This document shows positions 18,227 to 27,836 of a stretch of 42,784 bases of DNA, in pieces. The translations under genes and the position numbers were made by a program. Under the pieces are notes generated by a model. It was not told the DNA's origin. It saw only the letters and a program-made list of their open reading frames with translations, and ran no database searches. How positions within the stretch are numbered: position 1 is the stretch's first letter; the number at the start of each line of letters is the position of its first letter. The DNA is from a virus: positions 1-42,784 of the IMG/VR virus record IMGVR_UViG_3300031416_000024. One strand, written 5' to 3'.

Positions 18227-18940
18227 TTAAGCGCCGCCACCAGCAGCCGCTGTGATTGTCAGCTTTGTTGCCGCCTGATAATCGCCGTCTTTCGTTACAG
18301 AGTAAACGTCAGTTGTGCCAACTTTAACCGGAGTAATAACGCCAGTATCCTCATTGACTGATGCAACCGAAGTATCTACCGCAAAATAACGAACTTCTGT
18401 ATAAGTCGCATCTGAAGGAACAACCGTTGAGCCGATAGACTGACCAGTTGCGCCCATAGCAACGGATTTTGTTGCCGGAGCATCGATTCCGGTTACAGCT
18501 ACCTTTTCACGATAGAACTGGTCTACACGGCCAGACTGTTGCCCGTTTACCGTAAACTGAAGTGCGGCATCTGGCGCTGGCTCATTGATACTGAATCCAA
18601 GGAGCGCTACAGAAAACTGACACACAGTTAACGGCGATGTTGGGAAGGTGACGCGGATTACAACGCTTTCGCGGTTTCGTCCTGCATCCATAAATTTTTT
18701 CTGAACTTCAACCTCTGGACGAAGGTTTCCGGTCATGGTTTTTGCGTCTGGAGATTCCAGGCCGGAGATGTAAGTTCGGGCGGTTTCATCAATTGCGGTA
18801 GTCTCAAGCGGGTCAGACTGACCGCCTACCGCACCAATGGCCGTCATGCCTGGTACGCGATCGAATGACGCTCCGTTATCATAGGAAACTTCGAAGATTG
18901 AGCCAGCGCCAAGCGTGGCAGTTTTGCGGTTTATTGCCAT
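18227..18940 (-). CDS. Major tail tube protein with C-terminal Ig-like (Big_2-type) domain
   Basis: Position upstream of G/GT. The C-terminal segment VTGIDAPATKSV...GVITPVKVGTTDVYSVT looks like a bacterial Ig-like domain. Confidence 0.75.
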   Translation of the reverse strand: MAINRKTATLGAGSIFEVSYDNGASFDRVPGMTAIGAVGGQSDPLETTAIDETARTYISGLESPDAKTMTGNLRPEVEVQKKFMDAGRNRESVVIRVTFPTSPLTVCQFSVALLGFSINEPAPDAALQFTVNGQQSGRVDQFYREKVAVTGIDAPATKSVAMGATGQSIGSTVVPSDATYTEVRYFAVDTSVASVNEDTGVITPVKVGTTDVYSVTKDGDYQAATKLTITAAAGGGA

Positions 18941-18953
18941 TTTGTAACCTCAT

Positions 18954-19331
18954 TTATTCAAAGAAAGATAGGCGAAAATCAATAATGTGCGGCGGGTTTT
19001 CGTCATTATCAACGCCAAGGTACGGCCCCACATCCTCAACTGACCTGACAAACATCACGCTAAATAGATTGCTCCACCTGTGACCTGTTTTGCCGCTTAA
19101 TTCTAGCAGCATATATCGTATTAAATCCACCTGATTAAGGTCTTTGCATACGATACTTACATCAAATATAACCTCTCTTGACGTAAATCCGTACCCGTCT
19201 ATCTCCTTGTTAACTATTTCGTCAGCTATTGCAAAAGCGCCAACGGGATAAGGAACTTTTTCAGGGGTCATATTCTGGTAAATGTCGCAGTTAAACTTAT
19301 CCTTAAAAACTGCTACTATAGCCTCACGCAT
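18954..19331 (-). CDS. Tail terminator-like protein (position of lambda U)
   Basis: 125-aa ORF immediately upstream of the tail tube gene. Assigned by synteny only. Confidence 0.45.
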   Translation of the reverse strand: MREAIVAVFKDKFNCDIYQNMTPEKVPYPVGAFAIADEIVNKEIDGYGFTSREVIFDVSIVCKDLNQVDLIRYMLLELSGKTGHRWSNLFSVMFVRSVEDVGPYLGVDNDENPPHIIDFRLSFFE

Positions 19332-19857
19332 CTTTCACTCCTTTCTTTCGGAGAATATTTAAAATGTTTTGCCTGGCAACAGACTCTACCTGGCTTCTCT
19401 CTCCCTTTTGGGTTTCTGTTACTATTGGCCTTCCTGCAAAGCCTGGATGCTTAAGCTTTCTCTGATGACCGTTTAAAAATATTTTCCCTCTTTTTGTTTT
19501 TTTTATGGTTGCGCCTTTTGCTGTGTAGTGCGGTTCTGTTCCGCCTTCAAGCCACCTTGCAACGTATGTTGGCGCTATATAATCCTTTTTTCCTCTTGTT
19601 CCTTTTTTTGTTGAAAAGTATATTCTGTAAGCCGCGCCACCTCCTTGCTCATCCCTTGTGGAAATTCCCATCTTGACGCCTTCATTAGCCATCCTTCCGG
19701 TTCTTACTCCCCAACCATTCCTTACTGCTCGGCTCATATCATTAAAAAATTGTTGCGCCGCTGGTCTAAGCGCTCGCCTTAGTTCATTTTTATTTAATGG
19801 AACATTATCAAGAATCTTCAAAAGCTCATCTGCTGTTATTTCTCCTTCTATTTTCAT
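19324..19857 (-). CDS. Tail completion / neck protein (HK97 gp10-like)
   Basis: WLEGGTEPH-type segment and position between the head-closure and tail-terminator genes. Confidence 0.55.
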   Translation of the reverse strand: MKIEGEITADELLKILDNVPLNKNELRRALRPAAQQFFNDMSRAVRNGWGVRTGRMANEGVKMGISTRDEQGGGAAYRIYFSTKKGTRGKKDYIAPTYVARWLEGGTEPHYTAKGATIKKTKRGKIFLNGHQRKLKHPGFAGRPIVTETQKGERSQVESVARQNILNILRKKGVKDA

Positions 19858-19861
19858 TTAT

Positions 19862-19870
19862 TCCACCACT
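19862..19870 (-). repeat. AGTGGTGGA-core motif copy 7
   Basis: The - strand reads TAAGTGGTGGAATAAATG. The motif fills the 12-nt spacer between a stop and the next ATG. Confidence 0.9.
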
Positions 19871-20205
19871 TAGCCGGAAAACTTAGTGAGAGTCCATAAG
19901 GTTGATTTGTAATCATCCTCATGATTGAATGTAACGACATTATAAATAATATCTAAATCTTCTGTTGCTCCTTTTATTTTTATGTACATATCTTCGCTGG
20001 CTTTTGGGTAAAATCGCGTAAGCAAGGTTCCCTGCCTGATATTCATCTCAGCGCCTGAAAGAAGAAAATCTCTTCCGTTAGCCTGACGCCAGTTTCCGCG
20101 AACTTCATTTTGCTTAACGAACTCCTTCACAGTCTGGCCCTTTCCGTCTGGCCTTGTTGTCCTCGTTAGGATTTCGCATCTTTCACGCAATGATCCGGTT
20201 TTCAT
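19870..20205 (-). CDS. Head-tail joining / head closure protein
   Basis: 111 aa. The pattern L..R..I......D..G......W and its size and position match the Phage_H_T_join type. Confidence 0.6.
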   Translation of the reverse strand: MKTGSLRERCEILTRTTRPDGKGQTVKEFVKQNEVRGNWRQANGRDFLLSGAEMNIRQGTLLTRFYPKASEDMYIKIKGATEDLDIIYNVVTFNHEDDYKSTLWTLTKFSG

Positions 20206-20621
20206 TAAACACCAACCTGACGAATGTTTATATTGCGCATTCCGTTAAGCAGCAGAGAAAATGCGCGGTTTTCGTAAGTGTTGTAATCTGTGTTTGCTTC
20301 TCTGTTCTGGTACAGGTCGCCAACGAAAAGCAAAACTGCTGCGCGGATTCTTTTGTTGAAAGGAACAATCCAGTAATTGCTGTCGTAGGCGATAGTGTTA
20401 TCCCACAAAACAGAATACTCGATATTATTGGATTGCAAGAAAGCCAGCAAAGTGGTGGATTTATCAATAATGATACCGCCAATAAATCCCGCCGCTACTT
20501 CTAATCCTGCATCACAAAAAGCCTGAATCTCAATATCATCCTCTTCGTGGTACACCTTTAAGTGAGCGCGTAGCTCTTCCATTGTGAAAAACTTTTCCCA
20601 TGAATATTCAACTTCAATCAT
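20205..20621 (-). CDS. Head-tail connector (gp6-like adaptor)
   Basis: The track start at 20630 is GTG. ATG at 20621 follows GGAGTGGTGAAA. The N-terminal ELRAHLKV..EEDD..I resembles the gp6-like connector family. Confidence 0.55.
   Translation of the reverse strand: MIEVEYSWEKFFTMEELRAHLKVYHEEDDIEIQAFCDAGLEVAAGFIGGIIIDKSTTLLAFLQSNNIEYSVLWDNTIAYDSNYWIVPFNKRIRAAVLLFVGDLYQNREANTDYNTYENRAFSLLLNGMRNINIRQVGV
20451..20459 (+). repeat. AGTGGTGGA-core motif copy 8
   Basis: agcaaAGTGGTGGAttt; antisense to the connector CDS (S-T-T-L). Confidence 0.9.
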
Positions 20622-20632
20622 TTTCACCACTC

Positions 20633-20658
20633 CAAATAAAAAGGGGCCGAAGCCCCTT
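20633..20658 (-). terminator. Rho-independent terminator after the major capsid gene (inverted copy of the 107-130 cassette)
   Basis: On the - strand: AGGGGC-TTCG-GCCCCT followed by TTTTTATTT. Confidence 0.8.
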
Positions 20659-20678
20659 TAATATAACACTGGTTTTTA

Positions 20679-22094
20679 TTATTCGAAACCAGAAGATGAG
20701 CCGCCCTCTGGAGCTGACTGCGCACCAGCGCCGCCGCTTGCCGCCGCTTTCTGATGTTCTGCCGTGTCGTTTGGCGCGTTAGACACGGTTGGGTTAAACA
20801 CGGTGCCGCCAACATCCTGAGCTTCAGTAGTACCCCACTTGTCAGGCGTGCCAGCGTTAGCTGCTGTGAATCCTGCCGCCATAGCCGCTTTATCCATCAG
20901 TACAACTCCGAAGCGCTGCCAAGCCAGGAAACCAACCTGACCAGTTTCCGCGTAAAGCTCGTTTAGGCGACGAACAACCATATCACCAGCCAGGCGAACC
21001 ATCAGAGAAGAGAAATCACCAGCGATAACCCAGCCATCTGTTCCGATATCTGGCAGTTCGTTATCGATAACCAGTTTTTCACCGAACAGCGTATCCGGCC
21101 AATCTGCGCGAGGATCACGAATGTAAATCGGATTACCTTCTGCATCCTTCCACTTGCGGATTGTCGCCAGAGTTTTATCGTTAATCGCAACGCGGAAATT
21201 TGGCATTGCGCGATAAGCGGCATCAACGCCGTGAATCACGTCGATGATTGAATCAAAAATCGCTGCCGGAGTAGAGCCGGAAGTTGAGATTTTTTTGCTG
21301 GTTTTAATTTGCAGTAATACGCCTTTTGGCTCACGATCACCGCCAGCGCCATGCACGATATAATAGTTGATACCCAGATCAACACGTTTACGCGCAATTG
21401 CGGTAACGTAGTTGGCGATATCAATATTAGCATCCTGAATGAGTTCTTCAGAAACCAGAATGATGCGCGAACTGATTTTGTGTGCGCCCATCGTTTCATT
21501 AACAAAGCCGGAGTTTGCTTTACCGTGGTTTTCACCTTCACCAACGATAACGCCACGCGTTAAGCCTTCATCAGAAACGGGCCAGTCAATCGGGTTTCCG
21601 CGCTGAGTAACCATTTTCTGGGTCAGCGCGTATAATGCACCCCAAGTGTGTTTTTCTTCAGCCACCAGGGATAAGGTTTCTTTGTCAACCACATAGCCGC
21701 CGTCTGTATTTGTGCCAGTGTTCATTGCACGCATTTCAGTAAGCAGCTTGCGATGCTCTGAGCTGAGGTCTGAAACTGAAGATGAACGCAGATAGGCGTT
21801 AAAGGCTGCGCGATATTCTGCTTTACGGCGAATGCCGTTTTTATCTGTTTGAGCTTCTTCGTTTGCGCCCTTAGCCAGAAGAGCGTCAGTCATTTCCTGG
21901 TCTTCAATATCAACAAGCTCTGAGCGAAGCTCATCAAGCTTCGTCGCTTTAGCGAAAAGGTCATCCATTGCTTGCTGGATTTGCGCATCGTCTTTAGTTG
22001 CAGCGCTGCGTAATTCTTGCAACTTCTGGCGAGCCGCCAGATTTGCAGTATTTGCGTTGCGAATTTCGCCCATTACAATAATTTTAGTTCGCAT
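20679..22094 (-). CDS. Major capsid protein, HK97 fold, with N-terminal delta-like coiled region and a low-complexity C-terminal tail
   Basis: Coiled N-terminus, TDGGYVVDKE (GGYLVP-like) motif, and position after the protease. The last ~60 aa are A/G/S/T-rich. Confidence 0.85.
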   Translation of the reverse strand: MRTKIIVMGEIRNANTANLAARQKLQELRSAATKDDAQIQQAMDDLFAKATKLDELRSELVDIEDQEMTDALLAKGANEEAQTDKNGIRRKAEYRAAFNAYLRSSSVSDLSSEHRKLLTEMRAMNTGTNTDGGYVVDKETLSLVAEEKHTWGALYALTQKMVTQRGNPIDWPVSDEGLTRGVIVGEGENHGKANSGFVNETMGAHKISSRIILVSEELIQDANIDIANYVTAIARKRVDLGINYYIVHGAGGDREPKGVLLQIKTSKKISTSGSTPAAIFDSIIDVIHGVDAAYRAMPNFRVAINDKTLATIRKWKDAEGNPIYIRDPRADWPDTLFGEKLVIDNELPDIGTDGWVIAGDFSSLMVRLAGDMVVRRLNELYAETGQVGFLAWQRFGVVLMDKAAMAAGFTAANAGTPDKWGTTEAQDVGGTVFNPTVSNAPNDTAEHQKAAASGGAGAQSAPEGGSSSGFE

Positions 22095-22108
22095 CTGTAT
22101 AGCCTCTT

Positions 22109-22765
22109 TTATAAAAGATGAAAAATATCGATATTTTTTGCTTTAGAGGATAATTCAGCCTCATCAGCCTTTTGCCTCACGTCTTCCGCAACTTCGCCAG
22201 CCTTCCTTAGTGCTGAATCGCTTGTGTCATACGCTGGATATAATACAGGGCAAACATCCAACACGCGAGAAATTTTATTGATTTTTCTTACTGCAATATC
22301 GTTAACCGTATCCCAAACCCATTCCTCCGCCGCTGGGTCTTCGTAGTCCATCTGGAAATGGAAGGATGAACCAACCAAATCGCCGCGCTGCATCGGCCCA
22401 ATAACCATATCTTTCACCATCTGGTTATCTGGCGGCGTAACTTCATATCGCAGTCCAATGTCATCGATGGTTAATTTAAGGCTGTTACCGCGAACGGAGC
22501 CAAGGATAATGTTTTCATCATGGTTAAATAAAGCTGCGCATGATGAAAAATCAGTATTATCGAAAGCGCCTGGCATAATGATTTCGACAAAATATCCAAG
22601 CCCCGTAGAGCGCTCATTGAACTTTGCCGCATAGCCAAAAATAACAGGCGATGCGTTATTTTCGCTGGCTGCGCGAATTTCAATCTTAGAGCTAACTGAG
22701 CGTAACTCAGGCCCATTAGCTAGTCGTTGTTTCTGCATTTCCTGAAGTTTGGCTACCGGATTCAT
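22109..22765 (-). CDS. Prohead maturation protease (HK97 / S78-like)
   Basis: FGYAAKFNERS...IMPGAFDN...LFNHD pattern; lies between portal and capsid. Confidence 0.8.
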   Translation of the reverse strand: MNPVAKLQEMQKQRLANGPELRSVSSKIEIRAASENNASPVIFGYAAKFNERSTGLGYFVEIIMPGAFDNTDFSSCAALFNHDENIILGSVRGNSLKLTIDDIGLRYEVTPPDNQMVKDMVIGPMQRGDLVGSSFHFQMDYEDPAAEEWVWDTVNDIAVRKINKISRVLDVCPVLYPAYDTSDSALRKAGEVAEDVRQKADEAELSSKAKNIDIFHLL

Positions 22766-24119
22766 TTTGGTTTCCTGTCTGTGAATTGTTGTTGTCTGTA
22801 AGCTTACTTTGAGAAACGTTAACTGTAAACTTATTCATTGATTCATCTGTGTTGTCACGCGGATAGCCAATACCTACGCGCCCCTCATTCCTGGTGATAA
22901 ATCCTGCCGTGCTCGCACCAGTTAGCAACGCCAGCATTTCAACAGGAGTTCCCTTTAAGGCGGCCTGCATATCAAACTTAACGCAATAACCGTCGATAAT
23001 CTCATCCTGGAAGAAAATCTTTTTGGTCATCTCCTGTTCGATATTAACAATCCAAGGCATAAGCGTATTTTTAATAAACGCAGTAGCCATAGCTGTAATA
23101 TTTGCGTAACTTGTATTTGCCAGATTTCCAACCATATAAGCGGGAACATTAAAGATTCCGCAAATTTCATCTCTTGTCATATTCATAGATAAAACAAGAT
23201 TTGCGTCAATAGGAGAAAGTGAAATTGGCGTGTATGTCACATCTGCTGGCTGGAAGATTACGCGGTTTTTGGAAGTCGCCGCCTCTCTCGCTCCCTTATT
23301 CCAGTTATCAATAAGCTTTCCCCATGCGCTAGGGTCTAATTGTCCTTTTACGCCAACGATGCCGGATGGCTTGCCGCCAGATGAAAAGAAGTTTCCGCCG
23401 TATTCCTGCATATCCATACCCATACGGATAGCGGCGGCGTGTAGCTGAATTGGAGAAAGGCCGCTTCTACCTTTATTTCCAAGCGCACGAAGATGAATCA
23501 TGTCATAAGGCTGGATTACATGAAAACCTCCATCTTCATCAGTGTAATTATATACCCAGCGACGATTACCAAGGTTAACTAAGCTAACAGAGTTTTTATC
23601 ACAATAAACAAGCTCCTTGAATTTGCCAGAGCTTAAATTTCGGATAATCCAGATATAGCCATTTCCGTTAAGGGCATCAACCATAAACTGACGCATTAAA
23701 GTAAATTGCGTTTGCCAGTCGTTTGGGGATTTCTCAGTGACAAATTTTGCAGGATGGGAATCAACCTCGATTTCTTCATCTCCTTTAACCTGCATAATAC
23801 GCAAAGGCATTGTTGCAATTCCGGCGCTGATTCTGTCAATGCAGGAATAAACAACTGACAACTGAAGCGCCTTGTCTCTTGAGATGAATTTCTTTTCCTT
23901 GTCAAAGGAAATAACCTGAGACTGAGAATAACCAAACATAGGATCTTGAATATTCTTGATAGCCCAGCCGCCAAAGTTTTCCGAAGTTCCTACAACGTCA
24001 GAACTCTCTGAGCGCTTCTCTGAATCAACAACTGCCGTATTGCCAATCTGAGGCTCAACATCGGGGCGAGTGGTGGAACCACTTTTACCCCTGAAGAACG
24101 ATAAAAAATTTCTAGCCAT
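22716..24119 (-). CDS. Portal protein (HK97 family)
   Basis: 467 aa, TAATG coupling to the terminase, typical portal size and position. Confidence 0.85.
   Translation of the reverse strand: MARNFLSFFRGKSGSTTRPDVEPQIGNTAVVDSEKRSESSDVVGTSENFGGWAIKNIQDPMFGYSQSQVISFDKEKKFISRDKALQLSVVYSCIDRISAGIATMPLRIMQVKGDEEIEVDSHPAKFVTEKSPNDWQTQFTLMRQFMVDALNGNGYIWIIRNLSSGKFKELVYCDKNSVSLVNLGNRRWVYNYTDEDGGFHVIQPYDMIHLRALGNKGRSGLSPIQLHAAAIRMGMDMQEYGGNFFSSGGKPSGIVGVKGQLDPSAWGKLIDNWNKGAREAATSKNRVIFQPADVTYTPISLSPIDANLVLSMNMTRDEICGIFNVPAYMVGNLANTSYANITAMATAFIKNTLMPWIVNIEQEMTKKIFFQDEIIDGYCVKFDMQAALKGTPVEMLALLTGASTAGFITRNEGRVGIGYPRDNTDESMNKFTVNVSQSKLTDNNNSQTGNQNESGSQTSGNAETTTS
24069..24077 (+). repeat. AGTGGTGGA-core motif copy 9
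   Basis: gggcgAGTGGTGGAacc; antisense to portal (S-T-T-R). Confidence 0.9.
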
Positions 24120-25939
24120 TATAATGATCCCATGTTATCAGGCATTTCAGGAACGGTGTCAGCTATTGTATGACGGATGATACGAGACACGCCAGTGAAA
24201 AGAGCGCTTGGGCCATCAATTTTATATTCCCTGCTGGACTTATCAGGAAAGATATTTCCGTTTCTGTCTCTGTTGGCGTTAACGTTACCCATCATCCAGG
24301 TGAAGGCCTCGTTTTCATCAACATACATTTTATTGCTGTAAACGGTTCCCTCAATATGTTTCATTGCTTCATTGAGGTTACGCACGTTTTGAGGCACTTC
24401 CACCACCTGCCATCCGTGCTTCTGGTTCATAGAAATGGCAAACTGCGTTGCGTGCCAGGGGTCATAAGCCATTTCCTGAAGATTGTCTTCACTCCCTTTT
24501 ACCCATTCAATTAAATCCCCCTTTATTGTTTCAATATCAATTGCATCACCGGAAGTAAGCTTTAGCCATCCGTAAGCGGCCCACCGCTCATAACGCTCTC
24601 GCATCTCATCGGAACAGGTATCAAGCCTTCCCTCTGGTAGCCAGAATTTAGAAAAGAATGCTAGACCGCCTTTATCTGTCCAGTAAGTTTTTACGGCTGC
24701 GCAAATATCTATTTTCTCTGCAAGGTCTACAGAAATAATATAAGGAAGCGTTGCCAGCAAATCGTGCTTTATTGTAGATGATTTTTTTAACTTTCCGTAT
24801 TTCTGCATATCCATCCATGAGAATGCACCATTTACGAAAATGTTTAAATGCTTGGTCTGGAAGTTATTTCTTGAAGATGGCTGTTCGAGCGCCTTCTTAG
24901 CCAGAACTTTCATATCCTGGATTGACTTAGAAACGCCAAGAGCTGGGTTTGCTTTAAACCACAAAGTTGGGTCGCGATAAACTTCATCTGTCTCCATGTC
25001 TTCTTCATCCATTGTGTACCAGATGAAAAAGAATGAATCAGTCTCTTCGCTCTGCTCGATTCTTTTATCAAGAATCTTCATTCCGTAATCTTTAAGCTCA
25101 ATGGCGATGCCATCCAGAATAACGCCAGCAGTTGAAATGACGAAAATTAAAGGCTGGTCGCGCGAGCCTGTTGCAGTTTCCATTACATCATAAACATCGC
25201 GAGTTTTGTGCGCGTGTATTTCATCGATTAATGCACAATGAACGTTTTTGCCGTCAAGAGAGTTAGCATCTGCTGAAACGTGCATAAATCGAGAATATGA
25301 AGATTCGCTAAAAATTGATTTATCTGTAGTCTTTAAATGCTGCTGAAGGTTGAGAGAGGCTTTTACCATTTGCGCGGCATCATCAAAAACAATCCTTGCC
25401 TGTTCTCGCGTTGTTGCTGCGCTGTAAACTTCCGCTCCGCCTTCGCCATCAAATTCTGTCATGTACAAACCAACAGCGGAGGCAATTGCAGATTTTGCGT
25501 TTTTACGTGCCAGGTAAGTTACGGCATGGCTGAATCTTCTTACATACTGAAGATTGCCGGAATCGTCGGTTAAATGCTCTCCTGTTATTTCGTCAAGGTG
25601 AGGCTTAACAAATCCAAAAACGTTAATAAGGATAAATACGTGAAAGTCCATCAAATCGATAGGCTTTCCGCGCCAGCGCTTTCCCTTTACGTGAACACAG
25701 AACTTTGTGACAAAATCAAGAACGTGCTGAGCGCGTGACACGGAGAATATAAAAGGCCGCTCTTCGCTTTCTGCTCTTTCCATATCATCAAGAAATCGCT
25801 CGCAAGCCTTAACCACAACCTTGCACGCAAGAATTTTACCCTCAACAACATCATAGGCATAATCGACACCATCCTGAACAACAGGATTTGAAATGGCGCG
25901 TCCATGCGCCCTGGCGAGCTGAGGCGGGTTAACTGTCAT
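24119..25939 (-). CDS. terL: Terminase large subunit
   Basis: 606 aa. ATPase-type segments (LARKNAKS, CALIDEIH) plus a C-terminal nuclease region. ATGA coupling to the small subunit. Confidence 0.9.
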   Translation of the reverse strand: MTVNPPQLARAHGRAISNPVVQDGVDYAYDVVEGKILACKVVVKACERFLDDMERAESEERPFIFSVSRAQHVLDFVTKFCVHVKGKRWRGKPIDLMDFHVFILINVFGFVKPHLDEITGEHLTDDSGNLQYVRRFSHAVTYLARKNAKSAIASAVGLYMTEFDGEGGAEVYSAATTREQARIVFDDAAQMVKASLNLQQHLKTTDKSIFSESSYSRFMHVSADANSLDGKNVHCALIDEIHAHKTRDVYDVMETATGSRDQPLIFVISTAGVILDGIAIELKDYGMKILDKRIEQSEETDSFFFIWYTMDEEDMETDEVYRDPTLWFKANPALGVSKSIQDMKVLAKKALEQPSSRNNFQTKHLNIFVNGAFSWMDMQKYGKLKKSSTIKHDLLATLPYIISVDLAEKIDICAAVKTYWTDKGGLAFFSKFWLPEGRLDTCSDEMRERYERWAAYGWLKLTSGDAIDIETIKGDLIEWVKGSEDNLQEMAYDPWHATQFAISMNQKHGWQVVEVPQNVRNLNEAMKHIEGTVYSNKMYVDENEAFTWMMGNVNANRDRNGNIFPDKSSREYKIDGPSALFTGVSRIIRHTIADTVPEMPDNMGSL

Positions 25940-26448
25940 ACGTTTGGCCTGTTACCAAATCCATTGCCGATAGGGTCTTGCTCAAGCTGGCCTAGCTGCT
26001 GCGTCTTTGTTCGCGCTGCCGGAGTCCACCCAAACTGTAGCAGGAGCGCCACACATTGCGCGTGGGCCTTTTGCTTCAGTGCTGCGCGTGGATGGGCTAC
26101 TTCCTTGCTTGCGCCAGTTGTAGGCGTAATCTGGATTTGCGTATATCCCTCTCTGTCAAGAACGTCTTTATGCTCGCGCCATTCTGCGTAAGTTTCAACC
26201 AACAGCTCCAGCGACCATGAGTCCATAGTGGAGAGAACGCGGGTCGCCTTAAATTTCTCAGCAAGGTCATGCCAGCACTTTTTTTCAAAGTTGCTGAAAT
26301 AATCAGGAGGCGTCAAATCCTCCATAGGCGGATACTGGACATTCTGGCGCTTTGCGATTTCCTTGCTTCCAAGGTTTGAAGGGTCGCCGTGTAATACGTG
26401 AAGCTCAACAGGTTTGCGGGTTCGGCCCGAAGATGATGTGCCAGCCAT
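25936..26448 (-). CDS. terS: Terminase small subunit (P27-like)
   Basis: 170 aa immediately upstream of terL; W..L...L...G/D-type helical pattern. Confidence 0.65.
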   Translation of the reverse strand: MAGTSSSGRTRKPVELHVLHGDPSNLGSKEIAKRQNVQYPPMEDLTPPDYFSNFEKKCWHDLAEKFKATRVLSTMDSWSLELLVETYAEWREHKDVLDREGYTQIQITPTTGASKEVAHPRAALKQKAHAQCVALLLQFGWTPAARTKTQQLGQLEQDPIGNGFGNRPNV

Positions 26449-26450
26449 GA

Positions 26451-26633
26451 TTAAGCATCCTTGCCAGTTAAGATTTCAACAACTTTATCGTTTAAGTCTG
26501 TCAGCGTTTTAAGCTGGTCAGCAGGCAATAAAGGGCTTGTCTTAGCCTGTCCGTTTGTAACGTACAGCATGTATCCGGCATCAGTCAGTTGCTTGATTAG
26601 TTCCGCCGCCTTTACTTTGTTCGTTTTCGCCAT
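26451..26633 (-). CDS. Hypothetical protein
   Basis: 60-aa ORF with an AAGAGG RBS. Confidence 0.5.
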   Translation of the reverse strand: MAKTNKVKAAELIKQLTDAGYMLYVTNGQAKTSPLLPADQLKTLTDLNDKVVEILTGKDA

Positions 26634-26838
26634 AATAGAGAGCCTCTTTTATTAATTCTGGGTTTGAAAGCTCTTCAATTATACTCAGAGAACGGGTCAG
26701 AGCGCTATAGATTTGGGGCAAAAGAACGTCAGAAATCGCAAGATTTCCGTTAGAGAAATCAAGCCCCATCACCTGGCGCTCTTGACCGTCAGGGAATATG
26801 CACATAACAGAAACTACTAAATGCGGTTTGTCATCCAT
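26581..26838 (-). CDS. Hypothetical protein
   Basis: 85-aa ORF whose 3' end overlaps the next gene by 53 nt. Confidence 0.4.
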   Translation of the reverse strand: MDDKPHLVVSVMCIFPDGQERQVMGLDFSNGNLAISDVLLPQIYSALTRSLSIIEELSNPELIKEALYYGENEQSKGGGTNQATD

Positions 26839-26989
26839 TTGTAAAAGCCTTTTTACAGTTTACGCCATGCCACCTTTTAAACTGAGATGGAACGAATGAG
26901 CCTCCGCAATACCTGCAAACCTTCTTTGGTTGCTCTCGCAAATATGCGGAGTGTGGAGTTAGTCCGTTTGCTTGCTTTATGAATTTCAT
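26831..26989 (-). CDS. Small CxxC protein
   Basis: The track ORF is 26831..27031. ATG at 26989 lies 4 nt after the upstream stop. CRYCGG...C motif. Confidence 0.4.
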   Translation of the reverse strand: MKFIKQANGLTPHSAYLREQPKKVCRYCGGSFVPSQFKRWHGVNCKKAFTNG

Positions 26990-26993
26990 AAAT

Positions 26994-27500
26994 TTACAGT
27001 CTGTGGAATTTATAATTAATTCCATCTTCATTTAAATCAGATAGAAAATGAGTTGCTGGCTCGCCTGGCTCATCTTCCTCAGTAAAGTAAACCAATCCAT
27101 GCTCATTAATAAAACATGAATACTTGTTGCCAACAGGAAGATAAGTTTCACTTTCTCCGTGGATTGTATAGGTTTGTAGAATCTCGATTTCGCCAACTTT
27201 ACCATCTCTTAATTTCTGAAACGGTTTTCTTGCCTCTATTCCGGCAACGCTGCATACGTAAAAGAACCCCATAACTTTTACATTGATTGGTACATCTGGG
27301 AGATCAGCAATATTCCTTGATGTTAAAATCAAAATCTTCTGATTCGAATATTTTAAATTTAATGCTGAAAGATCAAATTCCGTTGGCTCGTCAATTATAG
27401 TAGTGCAACCTAAAAAATCAGCAATCGATTTAGCATTTGTTGTTTTACCACAAGCTGTTGGGCCTAAAACAATAAAAATATTTATTTTTTCATTTTTCAT
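26994..27500 (-). CDS. P-loop NTPase/kinase-like protein
   Basis: Walker A GPTACGKTT at residues 13-21; short core followed by an uncharacterised C-terminal domain. Confidence 0.6.
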   Translation of the reverse strand: MKNEKINIFIVLGPTACGKTTNAKSIADFLGCTTIIDEPTEFDLSALNLKYSNQKILILTSRNIADLPDVPINVKVMGFFYVCSVAGIEARKPFQKLRDGKVGEIEILQTYTIHGESETYLPVGNKYSCFINEHGLVYFTEEDEPGEPATHFLSDLNEDGINYKFHRL

Positions 27501-27694
27501 TTTAAATCCTTAAATTCATGAAGCTGATAATAAGCAAGGCAGATAGCCGCCTCAGCAGTTAATCCAGTAGCAACAGACAGAACTTTTCCTTTTTCATCTT
27601 CAACCGAAACCCTGAATCCAGAAACCCTGTCTTTTCTGTAAATCAGGGATACGCGATGATAATTTTTACAAAGATAGAGATACTTCTCATTCAT
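27497..27694 (-). CDS. Hypothetical protein
   Basis: The track ORF is 27497..27799. The internal ATG (MNEKYLYL...) overlaps the stop of the 49-aa zinc-ribbon ORF (ATGAATGA). Confidence 0.45.
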   Translation of the reverse strand: MNEKYLYLCKNYHRVSLIYRKDRVSGFRVSVEDEKGKVLSVATGLTAEAAICLAYYQLHEFKDLK

Positions 27695-27836
27695 CATCTT
27701 CACCATTACAATAAACAGGCTCAGAATCAGGTTCATTAAATTCTGACAGCTCAGGGTTAGAGTTAGGACAGCGAATCGCAAAATTGAATCCGTCACCAAT
27801 CATTTGCTCACCACATTCTTTACAAATCATTTTCAT
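27687..27836 (-). CDS. 49-aa zinc-ribbon-like protein (not in the ORF track)
   Basis: Hand translation: MKMICKECGEQMIGDGFNFAIRCPNSNPELSEFNEPDSEPVYCNGEDDE; CxxC...C...C. Confidence 0.45.
   Translation of the reverse strand: MKMICKECGEQMIGDGFNFAIRCPNSNPELSEFNEPDSEPVYCNGEDDE

Noticed and set aside
18237-18244. Canonical E. coli Chi (GCTGGTGG) as the explanation for the GGTGG-containing repeats
   Set aside because: I found the exact octamer only once (as CCACCAGC on the + strand), which is about chance expectation. The over-represented word is AGTGGTGGA, which differs from Chi at the first two positions. Only a Chi-like hypothesis can be offered.
18561-18569. Pasteurellaceae uptake signal sequence (AAGTGCGGT) as the identity of the repeated word
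   Set aside because: Only a single near match (AAGTGCGGC) was noticed. The repeated word AAGTGGTGG differs from the USS at 3 of 9 positions, so it is not the known USS.
20624-22716. Nested same-strand ORFs inside the capsid/protease genes (20624..20815, 21002..21226, 21236..21556, 22471..22716) and antisense ORFs (20754..20966, 21351..21563)
   Set aside because: They are fully contained in strongly supported structural CDSs, and there is no independent coding evidence.
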